A stretch of DNA of 48,247 bases from Nemertoderma westbladi (lineage: Eukaryota > Animalia > Xenacoelomorpha). Made by a program: the position numbers and the translations under genes. A model generated the notes under the pieces. The model ran no database searches. It had not been told where the DNA came from and saw nothing but the letters and a program-made list of their open reading frames with translations. Below, piece by piece: positions 28,701 through 39,100 of this stretch. Every line of letters begins with the position of its first letter. Positions within the stretch are counted from its first letter, which is position 1. The DNA lies in NCBI GenBank assembly GCA_032718475.1, contig JAUCBJ010008265.1, positions 1 to 48,247 on the forward strand. Direction: 5' to 3'.

Positions 28701-30330
28701 TCCCGTCTCGTCTCGTATCTTCTCTTCGATTTGTCATCCGCTCTCTTTCTCATCGTATTTACTATTCTCCTCTTCTATTCTATTATTATTCTCTTAATTT
28801 ATTATCCTCTATCTCCATCTCTATTACTCTACACTATTACTACTATTCCCCCGCGATGACTAAAATTTTTAAGATGTAAACTCTAGTTGAATTATTGGCG
28901 AAAAAATTTTAGTTTTACTAATAATTTGTAAAAATCTGGGCTTTAGCCCAGGAACAAATTATTATTTCCCCAATCCCCTAACAGAAGAATTGGGAATAGT
29001 ACCAGAAAACTAACTGAGACCGAGATAGGGTATACCGAGAGGGTTTGAGGGAAAACGCCGATATAGGTACCCCACAATACCCCCCCTATTACCTGTCTAA
29101 AAAAAAAATTCAGCCCGATCCGACCGGCGGTTCTCGAGTTATAAGCGAAACGAGATTTTCGACGTTTGAATTTCCCGCCAAAAACGCCCATGAGCTACAG
29201 CCAAAACGGCGATAGCTACGGACACGGGACCGACGGCGATCGCTTCGGGGCGTACGATTTGCTCACAAAGATACATTTTCAGAAACGCCGGTCGAATTTA
29301 AGGGTGGCGCACGGACCGCGGCGCGCGCCGCAACGGCGCATCGGCCCGGCGCGACTAGAAGGAGTGGGAATTTCGTAAAAGTGTGAAAGTAAAAAATGTT
29401 CCTTACCCCCGAATTATGGTTGACGGAGCCAATAAAAAATACAAAAAAGTAAATTCTAGGGGGCGTACCGGACCGTCGAAGGTTTCCGATTGGTCGATCG
29501 CGTTTTCGTCGATTTCGGCGGGAAGGAAGCGAATAAAGTAAAAACATTTACAAGCGATATGGTTGGGACGGGGGTCCCCTATCCAACGGAAGCGGTCCCG
29601 ATGACGCGCTGTAAGTAGTTCTCGAGATATTGACAGAAGTACCGAGTCTTCAGAAAAATGCACTAATTAGCAATTAGCGCTAATTAAGTGTTAATTAAAA
29701 ATAAATTGGCGAAACTAACGATGCCAATCGATGTAAATCCATGAGAGGAACTTGCCAATTTTTTAAATTTCGAAAAAGACCCAAGAATAGCCGAGTTATT
29801 CAACTTTTTGTAAAATTGAGGTCTTTGTCGCCAAGGCGCATCAGGGCCTCGAATGGCCGCCGATCCAATATTTGCTATTATTGAGAAAAAAAGGGAATAC
29901 GAGGTATATTGATAAAATTTTCGACCTAGAGCGCCGCGTACAAGTAATATTATATGAAATATAGTCCTTTTAATCAATTTAGGGTATTTGCTCTAATTAT
30001 GTCATTTTATAGTCCTTTTTAATCCATTTAGGGTATATTCTCTATTCGATGTCATCCTAATGATCCGCGTATATGTAACATACTTAGCGAAAATGTCCCG
30101 AAGTTGAATACAGTATTTTTAGAACTAAACCTTGATTCTCAAGCTATAAGCTAACTGAAAGCAAGAATGCAATGTATAATAATATTAATCAACCAACGGT
30201 TCTGTAACTGAGTAAGCAGAATAACTGATAACAGAGTCATACAATACAAAGTACCGTTAGTACTGTAGAGCAATAGGATAGATAGCTATACCCTCAACCA
30301 AACCAAACATACTGTACATACAGTAGAATA

Positions 30331-31007
30331 AAGTACGGGGCTGGCGTTGGGGTCACTAAAAGTCTCCGACGGATTGAAGTAAGTAGATGTTTGTCATTGA
30401 CTTGGCCCTCAACACCCTGGGGCGGTTCTAAGCGACCGCCACCAATTATTGTAAAGTTTGAGTACCATTCCCTGCGTTCGGAAATATTTGCAAATATCAA
30501 ACATGTTCCTAAGGGCAGAAGGGCGTTCAGATTAGTGACCACCCTACTATTTATCGCTCGCGTTTGCTAAACTTCCTTAGGAAGATCCGTGCTGATGGTG
30601 TCATATATGGCTGTGGCTCACGAAATGGCAACATTAGCCTGCAGCTGGCCGCAAAATCTCGATACATAATGATTTCAACCTTCGAGGACATCGAGGACGT
30701 TCTGGGGTCAATGAAACCTCAATCAATCATCATCGAGATTCGATCCTGCAGGGATCTCCCTGCTAGCGAATCGATCTCTGGCGGGACAGGGGGTGAACCG
30801 CCAACAGCTCGTGACGACGAGGTTACAGCTGTTCCAGTATGGAAGGACAAGGGGAAAAAAATGCGTCCAACCCAGTCGATCTCCGAACCGGTCTACGATC
30901 CCACCACACGTCTACTGACAACCAATATATTTATCTTGAAGAAGAATCCCAATAGTAATTATATTATTCATTTAATATGCAGTATGTATTTTGTAGGTCT
31001 GCCTTAA
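30331..31007 (+). pseudogene. Frameshifted relic of a non-LTR retrotransposon ORF1p (L1/L2/CR1-type RRM plus C-terminal domain)
   Basis: The frame from 30331 reads IEVSRC...GGSKRPPPIIVKFEYHSLRSEIFANIKHVPKG. After a frameshift at AAGGGC-AG-AAGGGC (30511-30524) it continues GVQISDHPTIYRSRLLNFLRKIRADGVIYGCGSRNGNISLQ...ISTFEDIE. This fits the ORF1p pattern rPrpIivkF...i.i.edLT..r..L...nG.i...i...eDl. No ORF2 follows. Confidence 0.65.
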
Positions 31008-32613
31008 GATTGATTAATTTAGAAAGTGTAAATGTTAAGTTGTATATTAATCGTCTATATTTAGGTTTATTATTCCACTTTTTTGTCGTCCTAAATGTGT
31101 TTTCCATCACTTGTGTTTCTACTACATTTTAGTTCACTATTTCATCTTTCCTTGCTTAATGTCAGGATGTTGAATGTCATACTCAAACTAATATTTCACT
31201 CTGTTTCATTAAGTATAACAAGTAATTTAACAATAATAATATCCTTTCTTTTTCTTTCATTATATTTTATATTAATTTCTCAATTTCTTTACTTCAAACA
31301 AACATACGAACATGTTGGTTGTGGGTGGTCTATGGCCTTCACATGCTACTATCGTCACTCATAATGCCCCAGCATCTCCCTACCCCACGCTCCATCCCCA
31401 TTCCTATCTGTCCACTAAACCTTTCACAGCCATGCACCAGTGGAAATCTATACTAGCTTTGCTACAGCTGACCACTGGCTGCGCCCCAACACCCCACGGC
31501 TATGGCATATTATCATAATCATATCACCAACATTCACGAATAAATACTGATCCACATTCTATGGTGACCTTTGGTGTTGGTTTTTTTTTTGTTATTTGCA
31601 ATATATAGTATATATTGAACCTCTAAAAACCGGATTGAAATGTAAATTGTATAGTGAAAGTACTCGATGTTGATATAGTATTTTTACAACTAAACCTTAA
31701 TTCTTTTTAATCCCACCCCACCCGAATCATATAATAATAATATATATTGACTATAATATTCGTATATTTAGTAATTATTAATTCCAGTTAAGACAATTGT
31801 AGACAATATATATATTGTTTTAATTTCACATTGTACACATAGTACTGCAGCAAACTGTTAACAACCATTGATATATAAATAATTAGTTTAGAGACATGAC
31901 TTATACATTAGCATTATAAACATACATGAGAGACATTATGACAGATTACCACGCATTACAGTAGCAGTATTATTTTCTAGAATAAAATTAGTTAAACTAT
32001 TAATTCTATTCAATTTGAATGTTATGTAACTATAGTTACATAGAATTTATATTTATATAATACACAGTTAGAGACTAACCAACACAAGCACCACGAAATA
32101 AATAATAATTTAAGAAAGAATAATTTATATTATTGAACAAATAATTGACTACAAGTGGCAAGTGAAAAAATGTGATCTTCAGCGCAAATTGGCTGCATAA
32201 GATATAGCATGGCGTATTGTTTTGGTTTGAAAACACCGCGCCAAATACAACAGTAAACAATGTGACCAAGATCCTAGAATGGAGCTTTATCCGTAAGCAA
32301 TATTATATTACATTATATTGTGTCATGTATTAATGAGCTGTACAGTATGACTCGACTTCTGTACAATAATGTCGTCCAGAAAATTATTCTTACTAATAAT
32401 AATTCCGCAACACTAACACCATGAAATTAATAATGATGTATGGAGTTAACTTTGAATAGCACCAACAAAGTTGCGTTTACTTTAGTGGATAATTGTTACT
32501 AGAGAGCAATTGAAGAATTGTTAAGTGGTATTTACTGGGTATTACGAAGCATACATACAGCTTCTCTACTTACAGTACTGTAGTCACAGTCATGACTTCT
32601 ATATGAGCAATAT

Positions 32614-33172
32614 CGTGACCATAGAGCCAGAACAACACATACCACAATTTTTAAAAAAAAAAAATTTTCACCAAAATTACTCAAGATGGCGTTCTACATC
32701 TTATGTTAAAATCCTAGACTTGTATGTCAGTTCGTTTAGGAGATATGGAAAACCAGAACAACCCACACAACATAGAAGTTGAAAACTGTTAGAGGTAAAA
32801 CAACACATACCACACTTTCCCTATCATACTTTGCCAGGAAAAACACCATTCAATAGTCGAGGAATGACGTGAGTTCTTATGTTTCTGTGATAAAATCCTA
32901 GAGGTAAAACAACACACACAGGCTAGAGTTAATGTTAAATTTCAGTATGTGTTGTTTCGCCTCTTTGGAAAATAACGAAAAAAACAGTTTTTTTCATTAA
33001 CAAAATTTATTCTGAATGCTAGCCACTATTATAAAATGTGTCATTGTATCTTCCCAGACCTCTGTCGAAAAAATTAGGAGACGGGATCCATATAGAGGGA
33101 AATGAGAAGGTTTTTTGCATTTTTCTCGAAACCACAATTTTTGGTGAGTGTTGTTCTGGCTCTTTGGTCACG
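32614..33172. mobile_element. Non-autonomous TIR element (MITE), 559 bp, ATAT target-site duplication; Sola1-like by TSD
   Basis: Left end CGTGACCATAGAGCCAGAACAACACATACCA; right end (reverse complement) CGTGACCAAAGAGCCAGAACAACACTCACCA, 28/31 identical. ATAT flanks both ends (32610-32613, 33173-33176). Internal AGAGG.AAAACAACACA.AC repeats at ~32790, ~32900 and inverted at ~32945. Confidence 0.85.
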
Positions 33173-33598
33173 ATATGTTAGTTTCATATAATATTATTTG
33201 ATGCATGCAATGAGAAATTAAACCGGCTGCAACTAAAAACAGGCGTAAACAATGTGAAAAATGTTAACGGTCGAACATTGATATATTCATATAGTACTTA
33301 ACTCTATAAGCCCATATATCCTACTAGACTTAATGATTATTATAATAATAACCCTCCTTGAATAATGCCACCCCCCCCCCCCCCTCCCACGCCTTCAAAT
33401 GTAAGAAATAATATAGGAATTTATTTTAAATCAGTAATGATTGTAAATAGTACTTGGTCGAATGCAAAATCTGTAGAAAGATCATTGAGTTGTCTAGCCG
33501 AGTAACAGAGTTGGCGCTGCCATCACACCCAGCAAGTTGGTTTATTATATTGATAGAACTTACATAAAGTAAGGTTCTAGAATACCGCATATTACTAA

Positions 33599-35072
33599 CA
33601 GCGCGGCATACAATACAACTGGTAATAAACGGGAATGGGATGGTAGTAAAATAAATTTCTTAAGGTTTTATTTGACACGGTTGGTATCTGGCATGAACAA
33701 ATATTACAGAATACTACAGGCTCCAGATTATTACCAGCGCGGCATACACTACAACTGGTAATAAATTGGAACAGAATGTTAGTAAAATAAATTACTTGAG
33801 AGTTTATTTGACACGGTTGGTAGCTGGCATGAACAAATGTTCCAGAATACCACAGGATCCAGATTATTACCAGCGCGGCATACACTACAACTGGTAATAA
33901 ACTGGAACAGAATGGTAGTACAATAAATTACTTGAGAGTTTATTTGACACGGTTGGTAGCTGGCATGAACAAATATTACAGAATACTACAGGTTCCAGAT
34001 TATTACCAGCGCGGCATACACTACAACTGGTAATAAATTGGAACAGAATGTTAGTAAAATAAATTACTTAGAGTTTATTAGACACGGTTGGTAGCTGGCA
34101 TGAACAAATGTTCCAGAATACTACAGGCTCCAGAATATTACCAGCGCGGCATACACTACAACTGGTAATAAACTGGAACAGAATGGTAGTAAAATAAATT
34201 ACTTGAGAGTTTATTTGACACGGTTGGTAGCTGGCATGAACAAATGTTCCAGAATACTACAGGTTCCAGAATATTACCAGCGCGGCATACACTACAACTG
34301 GTAATAAAGTGGAACAGAATGGTAGTAAAATAAATTACTTGAGAGTTTATTTGACACGGTTGGTAGCTGGCATGAACAAATGTTCCAGAATACTACAGGT
34401 TCCAGAATATTACCAGCGCGGCATACACAACAACTGGTAATAAACTGGAACAGAATGGTAGTAAAATAAATTACTTGAGAGTTTATTTGACACGGTTGGT
34501 AGCTGGCATGAACAAATGTTCCAGAATACTACAGGTTCCAGAATATTACCAGCGCGGCATACACTACAACTGGTAATAAACTGGAACAGAATGGTAGTAA
34601 AATAAATTACTTGAGAGTTTATTTGACACGGTTGGTAGCTGGCATGAACAAATGTTCCAGAATACTACAGGTTCCAGAATATTACCAGCGCGGCATACAC
34701 TACAACTGGTAATAAACTGGAACAGAATGGTAGTAAAATAAATTACTTGAGAGTTTATTTGACACGGTTGGTAGCTGGCATGAACAAATGTTCCAGAATA
34801 CTACAGGTTCCAGAATATTACCAGCGCGGCATACACTACAACTGGTAATAAACTGGAACAGAATGGTAGTAAAATAAATAACTTGAGAGTTTATTTGACA
34901 CGGTTGGTAGCTGGCATGAACAAATATTACAGAATACTACAGGTTCCAGAATATTACCAGCGCGGCATACACTACAACTGGTAATAAACTGGAACAGAAT
35001 GGTAGTAAAATAAATAACTTGAGAGTTTATTTGACACGGTTGGTAGCTGGCATGAACAAATGTTCCAGAATA
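33599..35072. repeat. Tandem array, 136-bp unit, ~11 copies
   Basis: CAGCGCGGCATAC recurs at 33599, 33735, 33871, 34007, 34142, 34278, 34414, 34550, 34686, 34822 and 34958. Confidence 0.97.
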
Positions 35073-35075
35073 GAA

Positions 35076-36080
35076 GACTCATAAAATAAAAAGAATAGGA
35101 GGAAAAGATAAATAGGCATAGGGTTATGAGTCATGGTTCCTGTCTCTAGTCAGAGCGGGCAATGCTCGACTCAAAACTAGAGCAGTCCCCATGACTCATA
35201 AAATAAAATAAAAAAATAATATAAAGAAAAAGATAAATAGGCATAGGTTCATGAGTCATGGTTCCTGTCTCTAGTCAGAGCGGGCAATGCTCGACTCAAA
35301 ACTAGAGCAGTCCCCATGACTCATAAAATAAAATAAAAATAATATAAAGAAAAAGATAAATAGGCATAGGTTCATGAGTCATGGTTCCTGTCTCTAGTCA
35401 GAGCGGGCAATGCTCGACTCAAAACTAGAGCAGTCCCCATGACTCATAAAATAAAATAAAAATAATATAAAGAAAAAGATAAATAGGCATAGGTTTATGA
35501 GTCATGGTTCCTGTCTCTAGTCAGAGCGGGCAATGCTCGACTCAAAACTAGAGCAGTCCCCATGACTCATAAAATAAAATAAAAATAATATAAAGAAAAA
35601 GATAAATAGGCATAGGTTCATGAGTCATGGTTCCTGTCTCTAGTCAGAGCGGGCAATGCTCGACTCAAAACTAGAGCAGTCCCCATGACTCATAAAATAA
35701 AATAAAAATAATATAAAGAAAAAGATAAATAGGCATAGGTTCATGAGTCATGGTTCCTGTCTCTAGTCAGAGCGGGCAATGCTCGACTCAAAACTAGAGC
35801 AGTCCCCATGACTCATGAAATAAAAAAAATAAAAGAATAGGAGAAGAAAAAGAGAAAAAGTTAGATGGTTCTGAGTCATGGTTCCTGTCTCTAGTCAGAG
35901 CGGGCAATGCTCGACTCAAAACTAGAGCAGTCCCCATGACTCATCAAATAAAAAAAATAAAAGAATAGGAGAAGAAAAATAGAAATAGTTAGATGGTTCT
36001 GAGTCATGGTTCCTGTCTCTAGTCAGAGCGCGCAATGCTCGACTCAAAACTAGAGCAGTCCCCATGACTCATAAAATAAA
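35076..36080. repeat. Tandem array of eight ~74-nt hairpins separated by A/G-rich linkers (period 123-128 bp)
   Basis: ATGAGTCATGG-TTC-CTG-T-CTCTAGT-CA-GAGC-GGGCAAT-GCTC-GACTCAAA-ACTAGAG-CAG-TCC-CCATGACTCAT starts at 35126, 35251, 35374, 35497, 35620, 35743, ~35871 and ~35999. Confidence 0.96.
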
Positions 36081-36155
36081 CTAGGAAAGGTTAGAGAATA
36101 GAATGGAAATGGAATGATGGTAGTGAATTACATTTCTTGTCGTAATTCCTTCCAA

Positions 36156-39100
36156 TTAAAATACTTTTATTACTCGCAAATTAAATATTAATTCATGGAT
36201 TACCGTTTGGATGAGTAGATATACTTCATTTGTATTCATGCAAGGATTGAGTCTAAAGTTGATGGCACCCAATAAATCGCGTCGCATTTGTATGTTTCCT
36301 TGCTCGTCCCCATTGCCAGGGAAACCCGTTACAAAGGCAAATGGTTGCCACGGATGGAGGTTTGTATTGTTCGTTACTACAGTTCCTCGTCCAGTGCGGT
36401 GATCTTCAAGGGCTCTCTTAAAATGGGCGGTCTCACCAATGAAATAAAGATCAGGGTATGGTAAACTGATTAAAATGTAAACAAACCCAATGGAGTCGTC
36501 GGGGATTTGAATATCACGGTAGAACGTAATGCGTTGAGCGGGTCTGGGCTGTTCTAGAACAGTGGATAAACCACTGCCAGCAGGGAAATCTCGCAATACG
36601 TTCATTTTTTCTAAACACCCAGAGATATGTTTCAGGACTGTCGACTTTTGTCGTAATAGAATTTTAATATATTTCAAAGTATCTTGCCTACTTCCAATAA
36701 AGTATAAGCAATAAAGTCGGCAGACTCTGGAGATTATTACTAGCAGTTGGGATTTCAGCCAAAGGTTGTACATGGATCTCTCAGGACCAAGTTGTGTCGC
36801 TAAGAGGAGGATTGTAAGTCCAATTATTCGATGGACTGTGACGGCAGCAATGTGCTGGACAGGCCACTGCTCACGGCGAGCTTTCTGGACATTTGGTCCA
36901 ACTTCCACCTCCTCTGAAATCCGTTTACTGAAGCGGACCAACGCATATTGGGCGGTATTTGTCAGGTCAACTGCAGCAACACCAACCGGTACTAACCTAC
37001 ACAAAAGTTTCGGATCAGTGGCAGTTGGGAGTTCTTCAATAACTACGAGCTGACCCTGTGAGAACGTTTGGCCACTCACATGGCCATTGAATGTAACACG
37101 CATTACGGCTCCAACTGGAATGAGGAGGGTCCGTGCTTCCCTCACCGCATTGTCCAACAATGTGGATACCCGGTCCGTTGCCTTTAACCAGGCACCAACA
37201 TGGCTCTCCATCTCGTCATTGGACGTATATGTCTCACACACAAGTCCAGGTTGTTGGCGAAGTGACTGCAGATAATTTGCGGTCGCTTCACATTCAGCCT
37301 TTAGCTTGCCAACAACCCTTGTGGAGCCAGCTGGAACGTCGTCCCAAGAATCAACAAAGTGAGCCCTGGTGGAAATGAGCTCAATGGCTCGATCTTCTTC
37401 AACTTGGGAGATCTCATGGGATCGAAGTATTTGGATTACTTCCTGGAGTTCAGGATCTGCGGCAGAGCGGACATAAGATTGAAGTAAAATTACTTTGTAC
37501 AAGGTGAGGAACTGGGGGGAGAGCCAAAATAATGAACCGCGAACAGGAGGGAGTTGCTCGCTGTCCCCAGAACAGATAATTAACTTTCCTCCGAATGGAA
37601 TTTTTGTTTTTGTTATTTTCTTTAGAATTTGGTCTAAAGTTGAAACCCATTCCGATGGAAACAGTCCAACTTCATCGATCAGGATTACATCCAACCGATT
37701 CAGTATCGCATATTTTTTACTCTTTACAAGAGTCAGCAGGCAATCCTCAGCCAGTGCTTTGACTTCCATCGTTTTATTGGATTTACTTCCACTGAGGCCG
37801 ATAAGAGAGTGGAAGTGTATACCTCCGAGCTCTCTGGCCTTGTTGCTAGTGATGGAAGTAGCTACAAGACGTAACCCTTTCGAAATGGCATAGGCACCAA
37901 CTTGAAGCATTACTTGGGTCTTACCTACCCCAGGTGGTCCTACAAAAACCAGAGGATTGACAAATTTGGTTTCTGGATCGCGATATTTATTAATACTGTC
38001 AATGCCAATACGTAGGGAATCAGTCTGTTCGTGATGTGATATGTCAGATTGGTCTGGGTGTCGGGAAAGATGGGGCAGCCAATTAGAGGGCGCGTCACGG
38101 GTGATAGTGTCAATGTCCTGAGGAAGGTCAATGTGCTTCTCCCGTAGAGCCACTATGAAGGACTCCTTGGCCCTCCTCTCGTATTTCAGTATCTCAGATG
38201 TCTCTCTCTCTCGGAACAGACATTCCTGTGCCAGTGGCAGACTGTGAAACTCGATATTGTTGTTTAGCAGCAGTGCCTTGAGGACTCTATCTGCAGCTTG
38301 AAACATGTTATTGAATTGTCTGTGTGAGATGGCGTAGTGGTACAGTTGTTCATCCACGTAGCGTCGGAAAAGGTTGTTGTAGTCTCCCTCAGTGATATAA
38401 TGGGAGTCCGGAATTAATTTACTGTACATGAAACTGTCAAGGTAATTAATTTTATACAGATCCTGCTCCGTTTCAAATTCACCCAATGACAGCATTAGGT
38501 GAGGGAGGAATTTCTCAGTAGAGAACGGAGTAATTGAGGTAAAAACAACAATCGTGGGTTTTGTTTTGGACTTGTTAACGAACCGTTTAACATGTTGAGG
38601 ACTGTTCTGAATAATAGGCTCTAAAATATTGTGAAGTAAGTCAGCCGCTAGAGGGACACCATTCTCGGCTTGGTCTCGAAGGTGTTCAGTAGCTTTCACT
38701 ACACCAGATGCGCGGAGTTTCACTCTATTACCCAACCCATTAATCCATTCGCACTCACCAAGCTCCTCTGAGATATGATTATTTCTATGACATTCCTCAG
38801 TGAAACATTTGTAGTATAATTCCAAAGATTGAAATGTATTTCGTAACTCTGGGGGTCTCAAATTAAATTTCGTGATATAGTCAGCACGATAGCTGCTCTT
38901 TATGTAGTCTTTGATCAGTAGTTCCTGTGATGGAGTAAATTGTCTCTCCACCGGAAGTGCAGCCCGTTCAACTACAGGTTTGAGTTCATTGTCATTTATT
39001 ATGAGTTTATGTTCCTTACGAATGGGATAGCGATGAAGGAATCCACTTCTATTTTCGGGGATTGAACTTTGTATATGGATGAACTGGACGTTTGTTTTAA

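Larger units (their letters stand above)
28..30139. repeat. Large tandem array (macrosatellite), ~1.9 kb unit, ~15.8 copies
   Basis: The same marker ORF recurs at 602, 2531, 4450, 6342, 8232, 10154, 12077, 13992, 15883, 17814, 19736, 21519, 23437, 25332, 27250 and 29166 (periods 1890-1931, one of 1783). Match to the unit starts at ~28 (CTTTCTCATCTTC) and stops at 30139 (CTTGATTCT). Confidence 0.98.

Noticed and set aside
525-29977. Dozens of 60-234 aa ORFs in the 1.9-kb units
   Set aside because: They overlap on both strands, mostly use non-ATG starts, are broken by stops or frameshifts in some copies, and show no recognisable domain.
33371-33388. Poly-C run as a G4 or regulatory site
   Set aside because: Isolated homopolymer with no supporting context.
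31095-33885. ORFs of 64-96 aa in AT-rich, MITE and repeat sequence
   Set aside because: Low complexity or repeat-derived, with no homology cues.
35076-36080. CRISPR-like repeat/spacer appearance
   Set aside because: Linkers are low-complexity and mostly near-identical, repeats are 74 nt, and no cas gene is present.
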